Positions 41,832 to 50,690 of a stretch of DNA of 64,000 nucleotides are shown here, piece by piece (positions within the stretch are counted from its first letter, which is position 1; every line of letters begins with the position of its first letter). The stretch is from Candidatus Spongiisociaceae bacterium (GTDB taxonomy: Bacteria > Actinomycetota > Acidimicrobiia > Spongiisociales > Spongiisociaceae), in NCBI GenBank assembly GCA_965202665.1, contig OZ241841.1:256001-320000 (forward strand). Reading direction: 5' to 3'. The position numbers and the translations under genes are program-made. The notes under the pieces were generated by a model. It was not told the origin of the DNA and ran no database searches. It saw nothing but the letters and a program-made list of their open reading frames with translations.

Positions 41832-43034
41832 TTACCAGTCGTTTTCCCACAGGTAGGCCGCGAACTCCTCGTCCCCTTCTTTGCGTTGGCGCAGTTTCTC
41901 CAAAGCCCGGATTTCCATTTGGCGGACGCGCTCCGGGGACACCCGCATCATCTCGGCCACTTCTTTGAGGGGACGGGGATGGCCGTCCGCTAAGCCGTAG
42001 CGGAGCAAAATCACGTCCCGTTGCCGGCCGTCTAAGCATTCCAAGGCCAACGCCATGTATTCCTCCAACATCCGCTGGGCTACCGGCTTGACCGGGGAAG
42101 CCTCTCCCTGGTCGGTCAGGAAGCGTCCGTAGGTGGTCGCCGCCCCTTCGATTTCCGCTTGGTCGGGCTCGGCGAAGGCGTCCAGCGACACGCCGTCGGC
42201 CAAAACCTCCCGCAAATGCTCCACCCGGCCCCGCTCCATCCCCATATCCAGGCTCAGTTCGTCCACAGTCGGCGTCCTGCCCAGTTTCTGATAAAGGGCG
42301 ACCTGGGAGGAGTGGAATCGCGCCGCCAGTTCGGTAATATGGCTGGGCAACCGCAACAGCCTGCCCTGATCGTCCAAACCCCGGAAAATGGCCTGTTTGA
42401 TCCACCAGGCGGAGTAGGTGGAGAAGCGGAACCCCAGCCGGTAATCGAACCTGTCCACCGCCCGCATCAAACCCAGGTTGCCTTCCTGCACCAGATCCAG
42501 CAAAGGGACGTTGCCTTTCCTGTAAAGGCCGCGGGCGATTTTCACCACCAGCCGCAGGTTGGCTTCCACCAGCAGGACGGCCGCCCGCCTTCCCTCCGCC
42601 GCTTCCCGCGCCAGCCGGGCCTTTTCCCGACGGGCGGGGGAGCCCGCCGATCCGTTTCCGGCCCCCGCCGCCTCCAGCCGGGCCGCGGCCAGCCGGCCTT
42701 CGGCGACCACCAGGGCCGTCTTCACTTCCTGCCGCAAGGTCAACCGGGGGACTCGGCCGATGGAGCGCATGTACATGCCGACCGGGTCACCGGTGGCCGG
42801 CGTTTCGTCCTCGTTGAATTCCCGGAGCGGCGGGTCGGCGACGTCCGCCGCCACCCTCACCCCGCCTTCCCGCACCCGTTGCGCGATCTTGCGGAAGTCG
42901 CCGTCCGGGCGGTAAAGGGAGGGGAACAGCAACCTGATTTCAGCCGGTATTTCGCCTTCGATGACAAAGCCCCGCCGCCGGCCGCGCTGAACCAGATTGT
43001 CGACCACCGTTTGCAATTCCGGGCGCACGCGCAC
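41832..43034 (-). CDS. RpoD-like sigma-70 factor (divergent)
   Basis: DPVGMYM, EANLRLVV, DLVQEGNLGL, FSTYSAWWI and ERVRQME; directly downstream of dnaG. Confidence 0.9.
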   Translation of the reverse strand: MRVRPELQTVVDNLVQRGRRRGFVIEGEIPAEIRLLFPSLYRPDGDFRKIAQRVREGGVRVAADVADPPLREFNEDETPATGDPVGMYMRSIGRVPRLTLRQEVKTALVVAEGRLAAARLEAAGAGNGSAGSPARREKARLAREAAEGRRAAVLLVEANLRLVVKIARGLYRKGNVPLLDLVQEGNLGLMRAVDRFDYRLGFRFSTYSAWWIKQAIFRGLDDQGRLLRLPSHITELAARFHSSQVALYQKLGRTPTVDELSLDMGMERGRVEHLREVLADGVSLDAFAEPDQAEIEGAATTYGRFLTDQGEASPVKPVAQRMLEEYMALALECLDGRQRDVILLRYGLADGHPRPLKEVAEMMRVSPERVRQMEIRALEKLRQRKEGDEEFAAYLWENDW

Positions 43035-43067
43035 CGCTCCTGTGAAGAGAGTACGCCCGGCTCCCCG

Positions 43068-44828
43068 CTACAACTGTAACAGCTCCCTGGATATACGCGA
43101 CACCTCCTCCCGGTCCAAACGGCGCTCCGCCTCCAGCAGGAGCCGCCGCAGTTCCTCCTTGCGGCGCTTAAGCCGTTTGTCCCGCAGGTAGGCCAGCAGA
43201 TCCTCCGCCGGTTCCAGCGGTTTGTTCAGCAACGCCAGCGGGCGGAGCATCTCCTCCAAGCCGGGGGACCCGAGCCCCGCCAGCGGAACGGGCTTCCCCG
43301 GGGGCAATTTCATTTTACGGACCGCCTCCAGCAACTGGGCGGCGACCTCCACCCCTTGGCCGGTGAACAAGTCCAGATCCACCTGCTCCAAGGGGGCGGT
43401 CCCGGCCAGCAGATGCCGGATCATTCCCTCTTGGGCCGGTTCTATTTCTTCTTCCCGCACCGGGCCGGATTCGGCCCTTGGGCCGGGGGCCGGCCGGGGC
43501 GCGGACGATGCGGAACGGGACTCAGCCGGACGGGCCGACCGGCGGGCCCGCTCTATCTCCCGGCGCACCGTTCCCAGCTTCATGCCGGTATGCCTGGCTA
43601 CATACCCTGCCAGCTGGTCGCGCTCCCCGCTATTGGGCCTGAGCGCAATCAGGGGGGCGGCCTCGCCCATCGCGCGGCCTTGGGAAACCTCGTCTTCCAA
43701 GTCATGCCGATTGAGGATTGCCCGCACATGAAAACGAACCATCGATTCGGATTGCTTCACGTATTTCCGTAGCAGTTGCGGACCGTCTTGCTCTTTCACC
43801 AGATCGGCCGGGTCTTGGCCGGCGGGCATCATCGCCACCCGCAGATCCAAGTCCAGATTGGAGGAAATGCGCAACTCTTCCCCCCGCACCGCGGCCCGCT
43901 CCCCGGCCGCGTCGGCGTCGAAAGCCAAAATGATGGTGGAGGCGAACCGGCCCAGCAGTTCCAAGTGCCGCTTGCCCAGGGCGGTGCCGCAGGTGGCCAC
44001 CGCCGCCGGGTAGTCGGCCAAATGAAAGGCGATTACATCGGTGTAGCCTTCCACCACCACCGCCCGCCCGGCGCGGCTGATTTCGGCCCGGGCCATGTCC
44101 AGGCCGTACAGCAACTCGCTTTTTTTGTAGAGGGGGGTTTCGGGGGTGTTCAAATATTTGGGCTGTTCGTCCCCCAACGCCCGGCCCCCGAACCCGACCA
44201 GGGCCCCGGACACGTTGCGGATGGGAAAAATAAGCCGCCCCCGGATGTGGTCGAAGAGCCGGCCCTCCCGGTTGCGTTTGGCCAATCCCGCCTCCAGTAT
44301 CACCCGCTCCGCAAACCCCTGCTGGTGCAGAAAGCGGGACAGGGCATCCCAACCGGGGGGGGAGAAACCCAACCCAAATTTCTCAACTATCTCCCGGCCG
44401 TAGCCCCGTCCCCGCACGTAGTCGCGGGCGGCCGCCGCCTCTTTCGATTGATTGAAAAAATCGCGATAAAACCGTCCCGCCTCTTCCACCGCGTCCAGCA
44501 GGCGGCGACGCTTCTCCCGGTTGCGGTCGGCGCCGGGCGTCGCGGCCAGGGTGATGCCCGCCCGGTCGGCCAGCTCCTGCAAAGCCTCCCGGAATTCCAG
44601 CCCCTCGGTCAGTTGCAGGAAGGTGAACACATCCCCGCCCTCATCGCAACCGAAGCAGTGGAACAGCCCCCGCCCGGGGTCGATGGACAGGGAAGGGGTT
44701 TTTTCGGAATGGAACGGGCAGATAGCCTGCCAAGAAGCTCCCGATTTCTTGACGGTGGTCACCGCCTCGAACATCGCAACCAGGTTGGTGGATTGCCGAA
44801 CCCGCTCCACATCATCGCGACCAGCCAT
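43068..44828 (-). CDS. dnaG: DNA primase
   Basis: CPFHSEKTPS/HCFGC zinc finger, KYLNTPET, EGYTD and FDAD. Confidence 0.96.
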   Translation of the reverse strand: MAGRDDVERVRQSTNLVAMFEAVTTVKKSGASWQAICPFHSEKTPSLSIDPGRGLFHCFGCDEGGDVFTFLQLTEGLEFREALQELADRAGITLAATPGADRNREKRRRLLDAVEEAGRFYRDFFNQSKEAAAARDYVRGRGYGREIVEKFGLGFSPPGWDALSRFLHQQGFAERVILEAGLAKRNREGRLFDHIRGRLIFPIRNVSGALVGFGGRALGDEQPKYLNTPETPLYKKSELLYGLDMARAEISRAGRAVVVEGYTDVIAFHLADYPAAVATCGTALGKRHLELLGRFASTIILAFDADAAGERAAVRGEELRISSNLDLDLRVAMMPAGQDPADLVKEQDGPQLLRKYVKQSESMVRFHVRAILNRHDLEDEVSQGRAMGEAAPLIALRPNSGERDQLAGYVARHTGMKLGTVRREIERARRSARPAESRSASSAPRPAPGPRAESGPVREEEIEPAQEGMIRHLLAGTAPLEQVDLDLFTGQGVEVAAQLLEAVRKMKLPPGKPVPLAGLGSPGLEEMLRPLALLNKPLEPAEDLLAYLRDKRLKRRKEELRRLLLEAERRLDREEVSRISRELLQL

Positions 44829-45066
44829 ACCCCAGAGTGTAGGCGCCCCCAGCGACAAAACCCCCCGCCAGCTCCGGAGGGAGCATCCGCTTACCGCAAT
44901 TTTCCCCCGCGAGGCCGAAATCGGCGACCTACCTCCTACCCCAACCCTCTAGGCGAGAACCTCCATTCCCCCACCCGAACCCGGACAGGGACATCGGCTG
45001 GACGCACAACGCGACCATCATGCATAGAGTGGGTAGTACTAATATACAACCGAAGCTATTATACTA

Positions 45067-45498
45067 TTAAAAGATCCATCTGATTATCAAAATAGATAAA
45101 GCTAGTATAGAATAAAATATATAAATAGAAAATGACGTCAAACTACGTAAGAATACTTTCGGAATGGAACCGGTAGGTTTCACAACATATAAATCAGATG
45201 ACACCAAGTTGCCTTTTTCTAAATTACTGACAAAGTCGTTATAAGAATCACGAAACGCTCTTTCCAAGGCAAGATAATATGTGTCAAGTATCAGAAAAAG
45301 TAATATTGGCACAAATACAAACAGAATATAATCGGGCCTATCAATCCTGGCAACCAAAATCAGGCTTGCCGACACTAGAGTAACGCACCAAACCTTGCAA
45401 GCGCGACTATTATCTGCCATCCTCTCAATTACCCTTTGCGTAATTGTCAGATGGGTTTGCACCGAAGAAGATTCTGCATTCAGAGCAACATTGTCCAT
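45067..45498 (-). CDS. Small 3-TM membrane protein, putative effector
   Basis: Three hydrophobic segments; ATG overlaps the TIR stop; strongly AT-rich. Confidence 0.8.
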   Translation of the reverse strand: MDNVALNAESSSVQTHLTITQRVIERMADNSRACKVWCVTLVSASLILVARIDRPDYILFVFVPILLFLILDTYYLALERAFRDSYNDFVSNLEKGNLVSSDLYVVKPTGSIPKVFLRSLTSFSIYIFYSILALSILIIRWIF

Positions 45499-45995
45499 TA
45501 TTTACTCCCTCTGATTCTGATAGCTTCCTCTACCCAATTTGCAAGATTATCGTGAATATAACTGTAAACATTATTGCTTATATTGGATGGAGGATCATAG
45601 GTTTTAATGATATCAGACAAAGATTGTATTCCTATCGCAGGATGGGCAAATGGATTAGTGCCTTTGTAAGATTGCTCTTTTTCCCGGTTCTTTAGGTTGT
45701 GTATATAGATTCCTAACAAACCTTTCTTGTCTATCCAAGCTTTTTTGATTTCATAATTAATCCACCTACGGCCTGCTGTTTTGGCACCAATTAAAACAAC
45801 CGCGCAAGACCTTCCTTCCATTTGATGGTCAATCCACCACTTGATGGCTGCATCCCCACCGCTCTTAATTTCCTCCCAGTCGTTACCCGAGACGGGTTGG
45901 TTGCCTTCCAGCACGCCCATCTCACGAACCTGAGCGGCGCGCCAAGCATCTTGATGATAATCGAAGCTGTAGAATACTCTACGTTTAGTTGCCAT
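45498..45995 (-). CDS. ThsB-like TIR domain protein (DUF1863-type)
   Basis: RRVFYSF, DAWRAAQVR, WEEIK, VVLIGAKTAGRRWINYEI and GLLGIYIH; AGGAG RBS; AT-rich. Confidence 0.88.
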   Translation of the reverse strand: MATKRRVFYSFDYHQDAWRAAQVREMGVLEGNQPVSGNDWEEIKSGGDAAIKWWIDHQMEGRSCAVVLIGAKTAGRRWINYEIKKAWIDKKGLLGIYIHNLKNREKEQSYKGTNPFAHPAIGIQSLSDIIKTYDPPSNISNNVYSYIHDNLANWVEEAIRIRGSK

Positions 45996-46080
45996 TTTGG
46001 ACTCCTGCCTGTTGTTCGCCACTGCATCGGGCAGTGCCTTCAAACCTCCAGTATACCCTCAGGCGTACTTGTGTCAAGGC

Positions 46081-46302
46081 TAGGGGGATAGGGTTTGCTA
46101 AGTTTACGGCTAGTAGCACCCCTTCGCTTACGCTGGCTAGTGTTGGGGCGGCGGGGATACCCGTCTCGGCGACGGTAGCGGCACCCGATGGCCTGCGTCA
46201 CAATCACCTCCACCTCCCACAACGGACGCAAAACGGAAACAACCTGTTCGGTCGCTTCCGTCAACTCCGATTTGCGGGGAAGGAGCAACATAGCCGTCCT
46301 CA
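46081..46302 (-). pseudogene. Diverged chimeric copy: yceI 3' end (46081-46158, matching 47799-47876) joined to a glyQS fragment (46162-46302, matching 48633-48773)
   Basis: Manual alignment: glyQS part ungapped with about 116/141 identities; translation SVLRPLWEVEV..TQAIG.RYRR matches GlyQS. Confidence 0.9.
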
Positions 46303-46422
46303 GTCGACTTGATCGTCCCGCCAAACGAAAAACCTCCACCGCACATATGCAACCAAAGTACGCAACGGGCACCTGCCCGGTCAACTGGGAGCTCTGAACC
46401 AATGGGGCATTGCTTCTTCTCG

Positions 46423-46851
46423 CTAGCCTCGTTGGTTCACATGCCTGATGATCTCCAAATCAGGAATGCCCTGAAAATCGCTATCATCTGTAGCCAAAGG
46501 GCAATCGATCAATAAAGCGGTAGCGGCGATCCAGGCATCAGCGGAATTAAGTGTATGCCCTACTTTTTTCTGCTGGCTACGCAAAGAAGCGGACTGTTCA
46601 CTCAATTGTATATCTGATTCTATTATATTATACTCTCTTATATGTTTTAGTAGATTGCTATATCTTGTTTCTCCCCAATCGCGAGAATGAGCCCAAAATA
46701 AAAGCTCTTCTACGGTTTGAAACGAGATAATCAATTCCCGTCCTTCAGTAGCATTATGATAATAGTCTACCTTTGCAGGTGGTCTTTTTTCAGGGTTAAA
46801 CAATATAGATACAACACTAGTATCTACTACCAAAGGACTAAAATCAGACAT
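46423..46851 (-). CDS. PIN domain (VapC-like) ribonuclease
   Basis: VVDTSVVS, TVEEL, ADAWIAATA and LATDDSDF. Confidence 0.9.
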   Translation of the reverse strand: MSDFSPLVVDTSVVSILFNPEKRPPAKVDYYHNATEGRELIISFQTVEELLFWAHSRDWGETRYSNLLKHIREYNIIESDIQLSEQSASLRSQQKKVGHTLNSADAWIAATALLIDCPLATDDSDFQGIPDLEIIRHVNQRG

Positions 46852-47746
46852 CAATTTCACGACTCTTGCTTAAATTTCTATCGTTTCTAATTTCTTTGCG
46901 GAACTCTTGATATTCTTTGTAGTCCATATCTACTTTATTGGTTTGATTAGGGTAGTATATTTTAGGATTAGGATTATTTTTATACTCTTCCACGGTAAGT
47001 GTCATAGAGCGAGTATCCTCAATTTCTTCTACTTGTAAATAATCTAATTTGTTGTCTTTTTTGAACTGACCATGTCCTCTTACTTCAACATGCTTAGTGG
47101 CTAGTTTAGTCATCTGATCTTTCAGTTTCTTATCAAAACGAAGCCGTATGTAGTCAGCCCCATGAAATTCGTGCAGTTGAGCGGTGTTTTTGGCCCAGTT
47201 TATCTCTTTGAGCCAACCCCACAAAAGCATATGTTCGGATTCCAGGGGGGACTTAGCGGGGCGGGGCAAGGGTCGGACCTCCGTTTGGCGGGGCTGGGCC
47301 ATGTCGCCCAGCCAAACCTTGGTCCCGTCGGGCAGGCAGGAACTCATCTCGCCCAACTTGTTCAACACCTGCTCCGGCAAGGCGGGCTGCCCGTTGGCCT
47401 TCTGTCTTCGCAGGGCCCTCATAGCCTGAATTCCGAGATTTTGGCCATCGGGGCCTGCCTCTGCCGCCTTTGGGGCCAACTCGGTGATCATAGAACCTTT
47501 ATGAATGGCGACCAGCCGCAGGGCGCTTTGCTCGCGAGCCCACTTAGGCGGGGGACCGGGTTTGCCCATCTCCCCTCCGCCCAAATGGACAACTAAGAGC
47601 CGCATTGCATCCTGCAGGCCGCCCAACGCGCTCAAAAAGGATTCCAGGGGCAAGCCGGCATCTTCAATGCCCGCCCCCTCAAAGGTAATCGTCAGATTGT
47701 CGGTTGAGATGCGCCTCCTCGCCTCGCCGTCCATCAGTTTAGGCAT
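46844..47746 (-). CDS. Hypothetical protein coupled to the PIN gene
   Basis: 300-aa ORF whose stop overlaps the PIN start. Confidence 0.75.
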   Translation of the reverse strand: MPKLMDGEARRRISTDNLTITFEGAGIEDAGLPLESFLSALGGLQDAMRLLVVHLGGGEMGKPGPPPKWAREQSALRLVAIHKGSMITELAPKAAEAGPDGQNLGIQAMRALRRQKANGQPALPEQVLNKLGEMSSCLPDGTKVWLGDMAQPRQTEVRPLPRPAKSPLESEHMLLWGWLKEINWAKNTAQLHEFHGADYIRLRFDKKLKDQMTKLATKHVEVRGHGQFKKDNKLDYLQVEEIEDTRSMTLTVEEYKNNPNPKIYYPNQTNKVDMDYKEYQEFRKEIRNDRNLSKSREIDV

Positions 47747-47797
47747 GACGCGCCGCTACCGGAAAACAAGCATGCGGATGCAACAGCCGCCCCGGGC

Positions 47798-48490
47798 TTA
47801 GGGGGATAGGGCTACTAGGTTTACGGCTAGTAGGACCTCGTCGCTTATGCTGGCTACCATTGGGACTGCGGGGATGCTTAGGTTGAAATCGGCGTGGAGG
47901 ACGGAGGCGGTTGCTTCTATTTCCAGGCGGGAGCGGCTGGCCAAGGTTATTTGGCCCGCAAAAGTTACCGGCTGGGTCGTTCCGCTCAGCGTCAAATCGC
48001 CGGTTACCGTTACTGGGAGACTTTCTCCGACCGCTACCTCCCCGGGCAGCCCCTCCAACGCGGTGGGGACGAACCGGGCGAACTCGTTTTCCTCGTCGGA
48101 GGTGTTGAGAATCCGGCTGCGTATGGCCCGGTCCCGCAGGGAATCGTCGGTGGACAGGGTGCGCACGTTGATAACTATCTCCCCCACCTCGGAGGCGGAC
48201 GGGTCGTCGAAATCCACCCTGATCTGGCCGGCCACTTCGCTGGTGGTCCCCGTCACTCGGAAGTCGTTCCCCCGCAGCACCTCGTCTATCTCGAACCGCA
48301 CCTCGGACTGGGTTTTGTCGATTTCGAAGACGGCTTGGGAAGCCCCCTCCTCCACCGCCACCGAAGCGGCGGTCACTTCCACACTGGGTTCGCCGCTGCC
48401 CCCCGAAAACCAGATGTAGGCCAGCCAGCCGACGACGGCCAACACCGCCAGCCCCACCAACCAGACGAGACGAATCAACCAGCGGGTCAT
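47798..48490 (-). CDS. YceI family protein
   Basis: IDKTQSEVRF, RDRAIR and VTGDLTLSGTTQPVTF; N-terminal TM. Confidence 0.85.
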   Translation of the reverse strand: MTRWLIRLVWLVGLAVLAVVGWLAYIWFSGGSGEPSVEVTAASVAVEEGASQAVFEIDKTQSEVRFEIDEVLRGNDFRVTGTTSEVAGQIRVDFDDPSASEVGEIVINVRTLSTDDSLRDRAIRSRILNTSDEENEFARFVPTALEGLPGEVAVGESLPVTVTGDLTLSGTTQPVTFAGQITLASRSRLEIEATASVLHADFNLSIPAVPMVASISDEVLLAVNLVALSP

Positions 48491-49797
48491 ACCGGCAGTT
48501 TATCCCGCAGATACTCCGCCAGGCGGCCAATCCCCACCCGGTCCTGGGCCATCGTGTCCCGGTCCCGCACCGTCGCCGCCTGATCGTCCAAAGTTTCAAA
48601 GTCGATGGTGACGCAAAACGGGGTGCCGATCTCGTCCTGGCGGCGGTAGCGGCGCCCGATGGCCTGCGTCACATCCACCTCCACCTCCCACAACGGACGC
48701 AAAACGGAAGCGACCCTTTCGGTTGCCTCCACCAAATCCGGTTTGCGGGACAGGGGCAGCACGGCCGCTTTCACCGGGGCCAGCCGGGGATCCAACCGGA
48801 GCACGGTGCGGTTCTCGTCGTTGACTTTTTCCTGATGGTAGGCGTCTATCAAAAAAGCGAATGTGGCCCGGGTGGCCCCCGCCGCCGGTTCGATCACATA
48901 CGGGAAAAAACGCTCCCCGGTGTCGGCTTCGAAGTAGGTCAAATCTTTGCCGGAATGTTCGGCGTGGGCCCGCAGGTCGTAGTCGGTGCGGTTGGCGATG
49001 CCCTCCAACTCGTCCCACCCCCACGGGAAACGGTATTCCACGTCATACGTCCCGGCCGCGTAATGGGCCAGCTCGTCCGGTTCGTGCTCCCGCAAACGCA
49101 AATTTTCGGATTTCATCCCCAACTCCAGATACCAGTTGCGGCGCTCCTCCACCCAGTATTCAAACCACTGGTCGGCCTGGTCCGGCGGAGTGAAAAACTC
49201 CATTTCCATCTGCTCGAACTCGCGGGTGCGGAACACGAACTGGCCGGGGGTGATCTCGTTGCGGAACGATTTGCCCACTTGGGCGATCCCGAACGGAAGT
49301 TTTTTGCGGGACACCCGCCGCACGTTCTCAAAGTTGATGAAAATCCCCTGGGCGGTCTCCGGGCGCAGAAACACCAGGTTTTCCTCGGAGGCCACCGGCC
49401 CCATATGGGTGCGGAACATCAGGTTGAACTCCCGGGCTTCGGTGAAAGTCCCTTTGCCCCCGCACCGAGGACACTGATCGGGCCGCTCCAGTTTGTCCAA
49501 CCGATGACGGATGTTGCAGGCAGTGCATTCCACCATCGGGTCGTGAAAGGCGGAAACGTGCCCGGAGGCCTCCCACACCGCCGCCGCCTGGATGATGGCC
49601 GAATCCAGACCGACCACATCGTCCCGCAACCGCACCATGGACCGCCACCACTGCTCTTTCACGTTGCGCAACAGGGCCGTCCCCAACGGGCCGTAGTCGT
49701 AGGAGGAACGCAGGCCGCCGTAGATGTCGGAAGCCTGAAAAACGAACCCACGCTTTTTGGACAGGTTGACGATGTCGTCGAAGACGGGGACGGGCAT
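48487..49797 (-). CDS. glyQS: Glycine--tRNA ligase (alpha2 type)
   Basis: DYGPLG, LRPETAQG, FRNEITP, FRTREFEQME and RYRRQDEIGTP. Confidence 0.96.
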   Translation of the reverse strand: MPVPVFDDIVNLSKKRGFVFQASDIYGGLRSSYDYGPLGTALLRNVKEQWWRSMVRLRDDVVGLDSAIIQAAAVWEASGHVSAFHDPMVECTACNIRHRLDKLERPDQCPRCGGKGTFTEAREFNLMFRTHMGPVASEENLVFLRPETAQGIFINFENVRRVSRKKLPFGIAQVGKSFRNEITPGQFVFRTREFEQMEMEFFTPPDQADQWFEYWVEERRNWYLELGMKSENLRLREHEPDELAHYAAGTYDVEYRFPWGWDELEGIANRTDYDLRAHAEHSGKDLTYFEADTGERFFPYVIEPAAGATRATFAFLIDAYHQEKVNDENRTVLRLDPRLAPVKAAVLPLSRKPDLVEATERVASVLRPLWEVEVDVTQAIGRRYRRQDEIGTPFCVTIDFETLDDQAATVRDRDTMAQDRVGIGRLAEYLRDKLPV

Positions 49798-49904
49798 GGC
49801 GGTTGCTGTTCCAATCAGGGTCGGGGGCGGTCAAAGTTGGGTTGGGTTGTGGGCCGAACGACGTCGGCCGCCCGCCAATCCTACCCGCTCCCCCGCCCGC
49901 CGCC

Positions 49905-50672
49905 CTACCGCGCCCCGCCGAACCGCCGTCCCCGCCGCTGGTATTCGACTATGCAATCCACCAACGACTGGGCGCCGAAGTCCGGCCAGCGGGTTTCGGT
50001 GAAAACCAGTTCGGAGTAGGCCCCCGACCAGAGCCAGAAGTTGGAAACCCGCATCTCCCCGGAGGTTCGCACGATCATATCCGGGTCGGGCATCTCCGGG
50101 ATGAACATCGCCTGCGCCACCGCCCGCTCGTCGATGTCCCCCGCAACGAGCTCGCCGGCCGCAACCCCGACGGCCAGGGCGCGCGCCGCCCGCACCACTT
50201 CGTCCCGGCCCCCGTAGTTGAAAGCCAGAACCAGATGCAACCGGTCGTTGCCGGCGGTGACCCGTTCCGCCTCCGCCATATGGGCCCGGTTGCGCTCCGG
50301 AATGCGTGGGTCGGCCAAATCACCGGCGAAGCGAAACCGAACCCCCCGTTCCGCCAGCGCGTCCCGGCGGCGGAGCAACAGGTCCTCGTTGAACCACATC
50401 AGAAACTCCACTTCTGCCGGGTCCCGCGTCCAGTTTTCGGTGGAAAAAGCGTAGGCGGACAGCCATCCCACCCCGGCCGCCAACGCCCCTTCCACGCAGT
50501 CGAACAGGGCCGCCTCCCCGGCCGCGTGCCCGGCGGTGCGGGGCAGGCCCCGCTCCTGCGCCCAACGCCCGTTGCCGTCCATAATCAACCCGACATGGAC
50601 GGGAACCCTCCCCGGATCCAACTCAGAAAGGTCTATACCGCGGCGATCATCAGCCATTACATCCTTTTCCAT
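49905..50672 (-). CDS. uppS: Isoprenyl (undecaprenyl-diphosphate synthase-type) transferase
   Basis: IMDGNGRWA, AFSTENW, NYGGR, RTSGEMRVSNF and RRFG. Confidence 0.94.
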   Translation of the reverse strand: MEKDVMADDRRGIDLSELDPGRVPVHVGLIMDGNGRWAQERGLPRTAGHAAGEAALFDCVEGALAAGVGWLSAYAFSTENWTRDPAEVEFLMWFNEDLLLRRRDALAERGVRFRFAGDLADPRIPERNRAHMAEAERVTAGNDRLHLVLAFNYGGRDEVVRAARALAVGVAAGELVAGDIDERAVAQAMFIPEMPDPDMIVRTSGEMRVSNFWLWSGAYSELVFTETRWPDFGAQSLVDCIVEYQRRGRRFGGAR

Positions 50673-50690
50673 TTTCCTCTCCCAAGTTGC

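Noticed and set aside
46040-46402. 120-aa ORF as a real gene
   Set aside because: It is mostly read-through of the decayed glyQS/yceI duplicate.
46162-48773. Template/variable repeat pair of a diversity-generating retroelement
   Set aside because: Mismatches are not confined to adenines, and there is no reverse transcriptase in the window.
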